The notes under the pieces were generated by a model. That model did not search any database and had not been told where the DNA came from. It worked only from the letters and a program-made list of their open reading frames with translations. A stretch of 64,000 nt of DNA from Syncephalis fuscata S228 (lineage: Eukaryota; Fungi; Zoopagomycota), in the NCBI GenBank assembly GCA_025786725.1, contig JAHLTZ010000058.1, forward strand, positions 18,985 to 82,984. The letters run 5' to 3'. Positions 13,007-24,946 of this stretch are shown here, in pieces. The position numbers were made by a program, and so were the translations under genes. How positions within the stretch are numbered: position 1 is the stretch's first letter; the number at the start of each line of letters is the position of its first letter.

Positions 13007-14394
13007 AACCCAATACATTGGCATTTTTAGTGTAACTGATTGCTAGATTCAATATGATTTAAATATGTATCTAGCAAAAAGCAAGACCATTTGACAACTA
13101 TCGTTTATTCTATTTATACACCAAGTTTCAACTAATATCCGGCTTATTCAAATTTCAATAAATAATTTCATCACACTACTAACAAGACTGTGTTCAACTG
13201 TGTTTATTCAATTTTAAAATTTTATAGCTATTCTGTATGCTAAAGTAATAAATCTTATGAACATAGTCATATTTTTAAAGCTGTAATGATACATCGTCAT
13301 TTATTTGCAGTCTTGTGAAAATGTATATGGACTTTATTAGCACCAAATCTCAATTTTATATCCTTGTCCCAGCAAAATTCGCCTTGATTTCTTAACTATT
13401 TTGGTGTGTAAACTTATAATAAACCATATGGACTATGGTAAACTAAACCATTAAGCCATTTGTGCATCAAGATTGTTACTGCTTGGTGTAAACCAATATG
13501 TGCTACTGCAGTTTAGCACTATGCAGATAATTGTTAGACAAAGAAATAAAAACGATAAACTAGTGTTATTGCCTATTAATAGAAAGTTTCATGTCTTCAT
13601 GGTAAGGCAATAATAAGCATTGAAACGAATAATATGCCACTAAGGGCAACGAGGAAAGAAAGAATAGAGAAGAAAAGTTTTTTTAACCACCACGTTACCT
13701 CAATAGGGGCAAAGGCTTGAAGTTGAATTAATTGCGAGATGAAACGACTTTAAGATAAAAGAAGGTTTTAAAAAAGCCAGCAAGCTAGACTTGCCGGTTC
13801 CCTTTGATAGGAAGGCTTCCATCCCAATAATAATATACTTTTAAATAGTTAAAACCGAATTTGAATCAAGAGATAAGCATATATGTCTAGCAGAAGAATA
13901 AAATGGGTATTTTACAGATGCGCAATCTAGAATGCTAATCTGTCAACATAGGCCTGAGACTTGAAATGAAGAGAGAAGAAGAAATAAAATAAAACGCAAA
14001 AGGAACTTGGATTAAGAGATCGAGGGCTAAGATCTATTAGACCGAGGAACAAAAATAGAAGCAGCATTAGGCCTATGCCTTTCACTACACTATAATAGAT
14101 GCGGTTGGTACAGCAAAGGGCTTATAAAGTCATTGGATATGAAAAGTAAACTTGTGCATGCAATAGGTGAATCTCGCCTTTTGCATAGAACATGAGTTAT
14201 GTCTAGACCATAGCAGACATGTTACAATATTGGTATCTCAGTATAACCATAGATTTAAATAGCCCACGCAGCACACACAACTAACTAGTATTATCATCAT
14301 TACACTCTACTTTCTTCCAATACCCACTACTACTTACTTTATACTAACAAGCTCTATTGGTGCTTCTACTTAGTTTTTTAAAATCAATACCAAC

Positions 14395-16283
14395 ATGAAG
14401 CTTTCTATTGCCGTCGTCTGCACCATTGTCATGGCTTTTGTGGCCACCACATCCGTGGTGGATGCCAGTCCAGCCCTAGCTCGTCGTGGTACGTTGTAAC
14501 TACAATAACTAGTTATACATTTAATTAAATATTATTTTAATACCAAATTAACGCTAATAGATCGTAAGTTGGATTGTATACCAGCCATCTATGTACTAAT
14601 TGTATGCTATTTGCTGTGTGTGTTTAACAACTTGTGTTAATAGCTCGTAAGTAATATTGTATATTTACTAATCATGTACTAAATATATATATTATTTACT
14701 GTGTATATTTGATAACTTGTACCAACAGGATGTAAGTGATATTATATATAACCAGCTATGCGCTAAACATATGTTTTATATTGTGTATGCGCAATAACTT
14801 GCATTAATAGGGAGTAAGTGTCGGTTATTTTGATCGACTATTTGCTAAATATATATTATGTATTATGCGTGTTTAATGACTTGTATTACTAGAGTGTAAG
14901 TGTCATTGTATATTCAGCAAATATGTACTAAATATATATTATGTACCGTGTGTATTTGATAACTTGTATTAATAGTTCGTAAGTGTTATTATATATTTAT
15001 CAGCTATGCACTAAATATATGTCATACACCATGTATATTTAATGGCTTGCATTAATAGCTAGTAAGTATTATTGTATATTATTTATTTATACACTAAACG
15101 TCTTTTATGCATTGTATTTATTTAATAATTTAACACTAATAGCTGGTAAGTGTTATTTTATATTTATTAATTGTACACTAAGCATATTTTATATATTGTG
15201 CATGTTTGGTAACTTGTATTAACAGTTTGTAAGTGGCGTTTTATACTTATCAGCTATGTACTAAACATATATTGTACATCATACGTGATAACCTTTGATA
15301 ATAGACAGTAAGTGCTATTGTATATTCATTAACTATACACTAAACATCCTTCATACATTGTATTTGTTTAATAATTTATAATGATAGATAGTAAGTAATA
15401 CTGTATATTTATCGGATGTGCGCTAAACATATAGTATATACTGTGTGCGTTTAACAATGTACATTAACAGGTCGTAAGTCTCATTGTATATTTATCAACT
15501 GTACATTAAAAATATGCAATATATTATATTCGTTTGACAATTTATACTAATAGATGGTAAGTGACATTTTATACTCATCAATTATGTAATAAATATATGC
15601 TATACGCTATGTGTGTTTAATGATATACATTAACAGGTCGTAAGTGTTATTTAATACTCATCAGTTATGCACTAAATATATGTCGCACACTGTGTGTTCA
15701 ATAACCTATGATAATAGATAGTAAGTGACATTGCATATTCATTAATTACATACTAAACTTATTTCGTTTATTTTGTGTACTTAATGACTTGTATTAATAG
15801 CTGGTAAACTTCATCTTATATTAACGAGCTATACACTAACTATATATTATATATTGTGTGCGCATAATAACTTGCATTAATAGGAAGTAAGTGTCATTCT
15901 ATATCAACCGACTATGTACTAAACATATTTTATATGCTGTGTGTTCGATTACCTGTATCAATAGGAGGTATTTGAATTGCATATCAAGTAGCTATGTACT
16001 AAACATATGTCATGCACTGCTTTTGTTTGATAACATGTATTAATAGCTGGTAAGTAACAATTTATATTTATTAATTATGCGCTAAACATATGGTATGCAC
16101 TGTTTATATCTAATGATTTGTATTATTAGTCAGTGAGTAGCATTGCATATTAATCAACCATGCACTAAAAGATGTTTACACTGCGTGTTTAATAATTTAC
16201 ACTGATAGTTTGTAAGTATGATTGTCTAGTGTTGGTTTATACACTAATTATATGATATGTCACATTCATTTATAAACATAGAA
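14395..16283 (+). CDS. microexon prepropeptide gene, copy 2 (21 x 3-nt exons), 52-aa secreted precursor
   Basis: Exon 1 14395-14488, MKLSIAVVCTIVMAFVATTSVVDASPALARR+G. 3-nt exons start at 14561, 14644, 14729, 14811, 14893, 14976, 15059, 15143, 15226, 15305, 15388, 15471, 15554, 15637, 15718, 15801, 15884, 15965, 16047, 16130, 16209. Last exon from 16282. Spliced tail DPRWKFPTVYNSHGHTGRAVI*. Confidence 0.85.
14489..16281 (+). repeat. degenerate tandem array of ~83-nt intron+microexon units (22 introns)
   Basis: Same unit as in copy 1. Internal introns are 76-82 nt, mostly 80. Confidence 0.9.
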
Positions 16284-17717
16284 TAACCGATGCTCTCAAG
16301 ACAGCAACATTGGCATATAATTACGCTTTTAGCTTAATATTCTTTAGATATATCCTTGGCAAGAAACAAGATCATTTGATGAATGCCGTCTAGTCTACCT
16401 CCATATCAAGTTCTAACCAATGTTCCAGTTTATGCATCTTTAATCAATGATATCATTGTATTATTAACAAATATGCATTCAGTTGTGTCTACTCGACTAT
16501 GCAAACTTGTTATAATAAACATATAATTTTATTTAATTATACTAATCAATTTGCTATACTTTTGTTCAAATTTACTTTATATCCAGCAGTTAACAAAAGT
16601 TCGTATATACACCACAACTTCATCGCTGATATCCACACACCTCATTGCTCATCTATAAATCTTTTGTATCATTTTATAAATAATTTCTTTTGAAATTTTA
16701 GCTACAATTTAAAAAACGTTATATATATTGACTATTCAATACATTTTAAATAGAATTAATGCATTAACTATCATTACTGTGCTCTGATATAGTTTTATTG
16801 TTATTTTTTTAGTATATTTAACAAAAAAAAGTTACATCTAGCTTGGATGCTAAAAGAAATAATACTCAAGAATAATTGTAGTCTTTGACATTGCAATGAA
16901 TTATCGTTGCTTATTTTCATATTAACAATAAGGGCATATAAAGCTCATTAGCACTAAATTGCAATTATAAAACGTTAACCTCATACGAATTACGTTAAAT
17001 TATTGACAATTTATTGTGTGCATGTTAATAAACTATATTAATTATAATACTATTAGGTAAAGGTAAAATACATAGTTCTTTCCCCTTCTAATATGTACAC
17101 TCGGTTTGACTAATAAGTTCGTTTTATGTATTTTTTGATTTCTGTTAATACATAGGGCATTACTAATCTACTTAATAATTTTCATCTAATTAGCTGCATG
17201 TAAAATCGGTTATTACTTATTAAGGTGAAAAACATCTAGTGTTTTATAAGCTATTGACTGTTAATTCGTACTGTAAATTTTATTATGCTTTTTTAATAGA
17301 ACCATGTATTTATTACTAAAAATCTGAATATTTGAATAAACACAACAGAATCCAGGCTTATTAGTAACATAATGGCGCCATTGATTAAAGGTTGAATAAA
17401 CCAATGCATTAACTGGGATTACTATATAAATAGACTAAACAGCAGTTGGCAAGTGATTTTACTTTGCACTGGATATATCTAAATTATACTGAATTAGTTA
17501 ACATATTATAATTAGATATACGCAATACAACTATTTCATATTATTTTAGCAATAATATCAATGGTTTATTTATTGCATATTTTTCTAGGCTATTAAAATA
17601 AATAAGTTTTAAAAATATTGTTAAGTGTGTATTAGTTACAGCAAAAACTCAAAGCTGTAAAATAGACAGTTTAATAATGGGTAAATGAGGTTAATTATTA
17701 AATAGCTAGCTTTGTGA

Positions 17718-19296
17718 CTAATGTTGTTTCTTGTACATGGGCTCCATTCTGCCATCGGGTAGAATCTTAAGTGCTCCAATGGTATTACCATGAGATGGCA
17801 TCCAACGAGAAATGGCTATATCGATAACAATGTAGGTATTATCACAGCGGGAAAGGAATTTGTGGTTCAATTGCACGGCATGTGCAACAACCATTCGTTT
17901 GACGCCATAGTTTTCCAATACGGCCTTAACTTCATCACAGACTTTCTTTTCATCGTGATTACGGGAGTATTCAATGAAAAACGCCGGACCATTAAAACCA
18001 ATAATCGAATCCATGTCTTGCCTCAATATAGTTTTTCTGGCTTCGTGGTGTTCTATTTCATTCTTTGCGTGTGCATTGATTTGTTCCAAACGAGCCTTTG
18101 ACCATGCCTTTGATATGCCACCATGTGCAAATATGGTATCGCCCACACGATGAACTAGCGGAAGTCTGAATAGTCGTTTGCCCAATTCACCTGTTTGTTT
18201 GAATGCTTCGGCGCGTTTTTTAGGATCGTGATACTCTTTTGAATCTGCAGCATCTTTTGTTTCGTGAACAAGATTCATAAGTTCATGATTGCCCAAAATT
18301 TGAATAACCTAATATGTAGATAAAAACATTAGTACAACGTATAAAAAGAATAAAATATACAATGGCTTACACGACTATCATGTTCACGAGCTTCTTTAGC
18401 AAGTCTTTCCATTAAATCGAGCACTTTCTTTGTATCGGGGCCACGATCAATAAGATCTCCCTAGTTTTAATACAAATATAAGTCAGTGTAATACGATTGC
18501 GCTATTAACTCACCGTTTGCACAAATACAGTGTTGACAGCGATCCATTTCTTATGCGAATCAATAAGACCTGCCATTTGCATTGTAGCAATAGCATTGTC
18601 AAAATCGCCATGCAAATCGCCAATAGCAATAACATTACGATTTTTTAGACTGGATGCATATTTAAATGTTGCATGGGTAGTATCAAACCATTCTGACATA
18701 GGAGGATATTGCACCTTTGGCATGCAGGAAGAGGAGAATAGCGGCTTGTTGATGTAGCGAGCACCGCCATCGTCACCAATAGTAACAATATGATCCTTGC
18801 TTTTAATATCTTCTAAAGCACCGGCTATATATATACCAGGCTTTAACAAATGGACTGGAATGTTTCGTCGACCATTTTCATAAGTAATTGGAGGTGCATC
18901 GTAGGCATATTTATAGGTCGTCTCCCATACGGATAATTTTTTCTGCTCCTGGACATTTTTAACCAATTTACTTAAATGACCCCATATTATTGAGTCGGTC
19001 TTGAGTGCGCACACAACTTGGCTGTTGGGCATACAATTGGGACTAACCAACACTTCAGCGGGTGACTTGGCAAGTATCAGTTGACCTTCGTGATCATCAC
19101 CAACAATTTCATTAAGAATATTATTTGGACCGCAGCTAGCATAATAACCAACGGTGACATCAGCCACTGCTATTGCTTCTGGAGTTAAGGTCCTAAGTAT
19201 TTTTTTTGAAAATGAAGTAACACTAGCATCGGAAAATTTAGATAAAGCTAGCAGCAATGTGCTAATCGCTAGTACATTAGATGTAATATACTTCAT
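17718..19296 (-). CDS. secreted calcineurin-like metallophosphoesterase (Shewanella-like PPP phosphatase type) with long N-terminal extension
   Basis: Signal peptide. Motifs IAIGDLHGD, VQTGDLIDRGPDT (across intron), GNHELMN, FAHGGI, RMVVAH, IDIAISRW. Two introns. Confidence 0.85.
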
Positions 19297-20740
19297 TTTG
19301 AATAGATCGTAAGCGTATCAAAAAATACAATTCCGTTGAACGGTAGGAAAAAAACGCAATTATCGTAATGAAAAAAATTGGTCGAAAAGATATGGAATTA
19401 TTTTAAAACTCCTTTACTATTTGTATTTATATTCTAGTTCATTAAGGGACTACTGTATTTGGTAACGGCATATGTGCTAGTCACTAAACTCGATTTGGAA
19501 TTGATAATTATTTGTCCAAAAAGTAAAATAATAGGTTGTGCCTTATCCATTACTAAATAGAACAGCTAAATGGCATTAGTTTATTTAACATTTTATTGCG
19601 GCTTTAGTAGTATATACCATTGCATAGACAAAGTTTAAATTTTATTACTATTATTTTAAAACAGAAAATAGCCAGATAACCAATTTTATTTATTTGATAG
19701 ACAAAATAATAAAACTCGATAGAATGTAAGTGCTGTAGGAGTAGCGCATTGACATCAAACAGTGTTTCAACAACTATCCAACTTTCTAATTATTTTATGG
19801 TGTCGTTTTGTTTACACGTGGATCAGATCAGTCTCGATTGTTTTTCCGCTTTATTACAGTTCCGAAAAGTAATAGTGGTAAGTATGCTGTCATAATGCGC
19901 TTCACGTGTAAATAGCACTATTTATTCATGATCACTGATAGCTCAATATGGTAATTACTTTTTAAAGTGTACCATTTTGGATGCAACGTGCTTAGAATTG
20001 GCGTTCCTCAATATGGTATTGCCCGAGCAAAACGGTAACTTTAATACAAAATCCGCTAAGGAAAATACGGATATTGTGCTAATGCCGGATAAACAGCATT
20101 CTATACACTATTTATGACTATTTGTAATAATAAGATATTTTGCCTATATTTATAATAAAGCACGATAAGCAGAATGAATTCAATAGTAGCTGCAGTATAA
20201 TAAAGGTTGATTCATCATGTTGCTATTTAGTTTATCCTTAAGCTGATTGACCAACTGGTTAAAATTTTATTTGCATGAACAATCGTACTGCCATTTAATG
20301 GCCTATCTAGTATTAAAAGTCCGTTTTTATTCTAAAATTATCTTTTTTTTAATTAATAAAATATTCGAACTATAAATAACTGATAACATGGTAACAAATG
20401 ATATATTATTATTATTATTTGCGTGAACTTTGGCTAAAATACGAGACTTTTCAAATTAAAAAGGAATAAAAGAAATAGTTGAGTAACAGCTATTATCAAC
20501 TTGTGAATTATAATAATGACGATGAAGATGGCGGTAATGATGCTAACAATACGGAAAAGGAAATATAATACCCGTACAAACATTTAGGGCCAGCCTTGGT
20601 TGTTGTTGTTGTTGTTGTTGTTGGTGCTTTAAGCATTATTGATACAGTAACATAACAGATTATACACAAATATTCAAATGTCTAACGTGCATTTGTATGA
20701 CGTGTGGTCAGATAAAAAGCAATTACATACTAGTTGGCGA

Positions 20741-23700
20741 TTAGCGTTTACCAACAATAGCCTGTAGTTCTAGCTTCTCAGCTTCGGCCATACAAAGTTG
20801 CATTTTGACATCGACTACTTGTCCGGTGAGTTCCTGCATCTGTGCTTCTAATTCGGCATTTTCCATCATCAGTTTAGATTTCCAACCAATAAGCTCGTCT
20901 AGCTGTTCACGAACGCGTTCGTCGCCCTTTTCACGCTCCTCATCGAGTCGACGCTGCATTTGGGTAATTTCATCGCGAAGGGCCTGTTCTCGAGCGGCGG
21001 CCTCTTCTAACTTCATACGTTCTTCAACCAGTTGACTAGATATAGTGCACTGTTCTTCGCTCATAGCTACTACTTGTTTTTCAGAACGACGTAGTTCCGA
21101 TTCAAGTCGTTTATTATCACGTCGAAGACTTTCAATGACCGATTGTTCTGACGCCACACGGCGTGCTTCTTGGTGATATTCGGCGGCCCATTGTTCAAGC
21201 TGTTTGGCCGAGACTTTAACATTGGTAGCATCCATGACCAATTTGGCTTCTTGTGTACGATAGACTTCGAATAAATCAGTCTTTAAAAAGGTTAGCAAGT
21301 CTTCAAAACCCATGAGTAGCAAACGAGCACGATTAGCACGCATTAAAGCAACGGCAAATCGATGTAGACTTTCAACGCCTTCGGCAAAGATGATATCCAT
21401 AATACGATAGACCATCGATAGAGGGAATTTATAGGCAAAAAATGTCATATACCATTGTGAGGCATACATGGTCGTTTGAATGCCTTGTGCATTAAGATGG
21501 CGTGATAGATCGGGATGGTGTACAGCCAATAGCTTTTCAAACTGATGTAATCGTACATGCAAGTCCTCCATACTAGGCGTATAGTGACCACGTAAGTTAT
21601 AATATTGCATTAAACGTACTAATGTACAAAATGCCTCATCTTCAGGCATCTATTTACTATCATTAGTATCATAGTCAACTGTTCATTATTATTCCTAAAC
21701 TTACGTGTAATAAAAGTGGTCCTACGACAAATGGAATACCTTGGCAGTAGCCAACTTCCGTATCAAATAGCGAGTAAGCACGCACTACATTAAACAACGC
21801 CGACTGTCCTGGTCCATCCTTTTCGCGGAAATAGTCGTGATTTGGAAAAGTACGCGGCAGATCAAGTCGAATTACTTTCTCATGCTGTGAATCACGTTTA
21901 AGCAATTCAGCATAGACCATTTCAAGTTCCGGATCTTCGGCATGCGCAATTAGACGCCAAACCATACCACGCAGACGAGCTGGAATACCCGCTTGAATAC
22001 GACGAGCTACCACTTTGGGATGTCGTTTAACAACCGTTTCATAATCATTAACCAACTGTCCCCAGAAATCTATATTATCAATAGCATTGTTAATAAATTA
22101 GTATATTATATATTTCTATTTGTGCTAATGACTTACCCCAGTCAATTTCTTCATCACTGCCTTCATCGCTATCTTTCAGCGACTGTAATTGACGTGGATC
22201 TATACGCATACGACGTGTCTTTGGGTCTTGTTCTAGTGCACGATTTTGTGCTTCAAGACGTGCTAGCAATAAATCGGCACCCGAATCCGTATCTGTAGTA
22301 AATACCGACCACATGATCCACGTCGTTGATGAACACCAAGTGAGTCAGATCCAGATGATAATGGTGCACTGCCATCTGGATTGGGCAAAGGTGAACTAGG
22401 ACGGAAGAAGTACGAAAGACGACTTGTCATATTCTGCTTGAATGATATAATCGATTCAGCCGGTGTTGGCGGTGGCATTAAAGCCGATGGATCCTTGGGC
22501 GATGGTGGCATATGATGCATGCCCATTGAAGTAACTGAACTGCCAGATGACCGAATCTTCTCTGAATTTGGTGTAGAAAGCGCTGATCCCACTGACTGTC
22601 TATTTAATGACTGTGAATCTGTCATTGTAGGTGGACGATCAGGGAATTCTTCGAGTGGTGTATTTGGATTGGAAGGCAATGATTCATTATCCGCAAAGCT
22701 TAATGGTGGCGGTGGCTGTCGACGCAACATGGCCGCCAATGCTGTTTCATTCACCGGTTCATCTTCTTCCTCGTCACTTTCCGTGTCAATATCTTGTTCG
22801 GCAATAGCTGCTGCTGCCGCCTTTGACGCCTCTTCTTCTGCTCTTAACTTGCCCATTAATGCTTGGACATCTTGACCGGCATTTAATGCTTCTTGGGTCT
22901 GTCGTTCTGCCGCTTCACGTTCTGATGAAGATTGACGTGCTTTACCAAGTAGATCCGCCAACGAAGATGACATATTTAATGCTTCTTCAATCCGACGATC
23001 TGTTTCTGGATCATCGCCAGATGAATTATAGTCATCGTCGTCATCGTCGTCATCTTCTCCATCATCTTTAAATAGTTCAGCTGAATGGGCCCGTTCTAAT
23101 ACTGCAGTATCATTTCTTAAATGATCAACTATGTCATCTTCATCATTACTGTCCATAGCACTTGGTTCTATTAGATCAGAAACTTGTGTTGGCATACGTT
23201 CCATTAGACTTTTAATACGGTCCATGGCTGGATTAGTGGCCTCTTTACTCGTTGAAACAACAGGTGTTGTTGGATCTTCATCTTCATAGGAATCTTTATG
23301 CGTATATTCTTCCTTTTCCTTCTCCTCTTCTTCTTCATTACTATCATCTTCAGATAATTGAAGTTCAGGATGTCGTTGATATGATGCAGTATGGTTAGCT
23401 GAAGATTGAATAGGCAAGTTTTCTTCCTCTTCCTCTTCCTCCTCTTCAGAAGAATTGCTAAAATTCATATGAGAATTACCAACAGCTGGCTGTGCTGATT
23501 TGAATGACTGACTATGATTAGGCCCACGCGAATTAGATGACCATTTTGACTGAATAGCCTCCTTCTCCTCCTCTTCTTCTTCACTATCCTGAGTTCTGTC
23601 ATGACAATTTGATGAAAGCTGTGAGCGTAAACGACTCGTGTAATCTTCTTCATCTGGTTCTAGTTCCGAGTCATTCTGTAAATCTTGTCCATATGAAAAT

Positions 23701-24284
23701 GCCGGCCGCTGCTTTGTTCTACCAAATGATGTAACTGGTGAACTCTTTTTAACTTGATATACCGTCTCTTCTTCTTCATCCTGTGTATCGTCTGCCGTCA
23801 TTGAATGATGACGCAAGTGTTGAGAATAATGATGTTGAGGCTTTGTTTTAGTTGTTGTATGAGTGTCCATATCATGTTGATCATCACTATCAAATCTAGA
23901 AGGACGTAAATCGTCCATTGACGCTAAACTATCGTCACTGCGATGATTACTCATTCGGCCAGCCGATCTGTGACGTAATTTTTCACGTAATCTTTGTGTA
24001 TAATCTTGCCTATCATCATTATCGTCATTATCTGCATCGCTTTCTTCTTCCTCCTCCTCCTCCTCCTCCTCATCATCATCTAGATTCCAATGACTAGCCA
24101 TTTTATTGGTCTTTGAAGCCGATAATGATGGTTGAGGACGCCAACGAGTCGAATTAGTTGTAGCATGATCATCATAGTCTGATTCCTGTTCAGTGTCACG
24201 TTCTCTTCCGCTATCATCATCATCGTGGTGATTTGTATTCATTTGCTCTTTGAGTCGCCTCATAAAATCTGATGCATCACTCAT
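20741..24284 (-). CDS. TBC-domain Rab GTPase-activating protein (Gyp5/EVI5-like)
   Basis: GIPARLRGMVW, IRLDLPRTFP, VGYCQG, MYASQWYMTFF, C-terminal coiled coil, acidic disordered N-terminus. Apparent 1-nt frameshift near 22315. Confidence 0.9.
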
Positions 24285-24892
24285 TATTATAGCTGTATTA
24301 TTTGTTGTTGTTGTTGTTGTTGAAAAATATAACTAAATAAATGAACCTTTTGACTTGCAAGTCAAGACCAGCTGTATACTTCAAACCAAATGTTGACACA
24401 AAGAATCAACGTTTATATGGGCACAGAAACAAAGCAATTAAGCTATAGCAATTGCTATGTTGTCGTTGTCGTTGTTGCTGTTGCTGTTGTTATTGTCGTA
24501 GTAGGAACGATATGAATAATGACGGTTCTAGAAAGAAGAATAATCTTTCGTAGTAACAAAAAGATTATAGTAGTTATATGCCTAAACGTAAAGTATTGAT
24601 GTAATAGATTAAATACTGATAGGCAACAACGGTATCCAAGAGATAGGCATATAGTGAAAGGAATGAGAACAGAATCTAAGCAGATAAACAACACAAACAC
24701 TAGATGTAGAAACGCAGTGGAAATACGAAAGACGTAGCAAGTCAATCTGTAAGATGACAAAAGTAAAAAGACAAGATGAGCACTAATAGCTAGAAGCACT
24801 CGTTAGTGCGAAAGGAGAGATGCTTTAGAAAAGAAATAGACGCAGGCTGTGTATAGAATACAGACAATCTGTAAGCTAGTAGATGAAATAGA

Positions 24893-24946
24893 TAAAGAGA
24901 GAAAGAATAGAGAGAAAGAGAGAGAGAGAGAAAGATAGAAAGAAAG
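24893..24946. repeat. (AG)n-rich microsatellite
   Basis: agagagagagagag tract seen directly. Confidence 0.8.

Noticed and set aside
11851-16281. Periodic ~83-bp repeats read as a CRISPR array or neutral minisatellite
   Set aside because: Eukaryotic context with no cas genes. The most conserved positions are spliceosomal signals flanking a fixed 3-nt variable slot, directly downstream of a signal-peptide exon.
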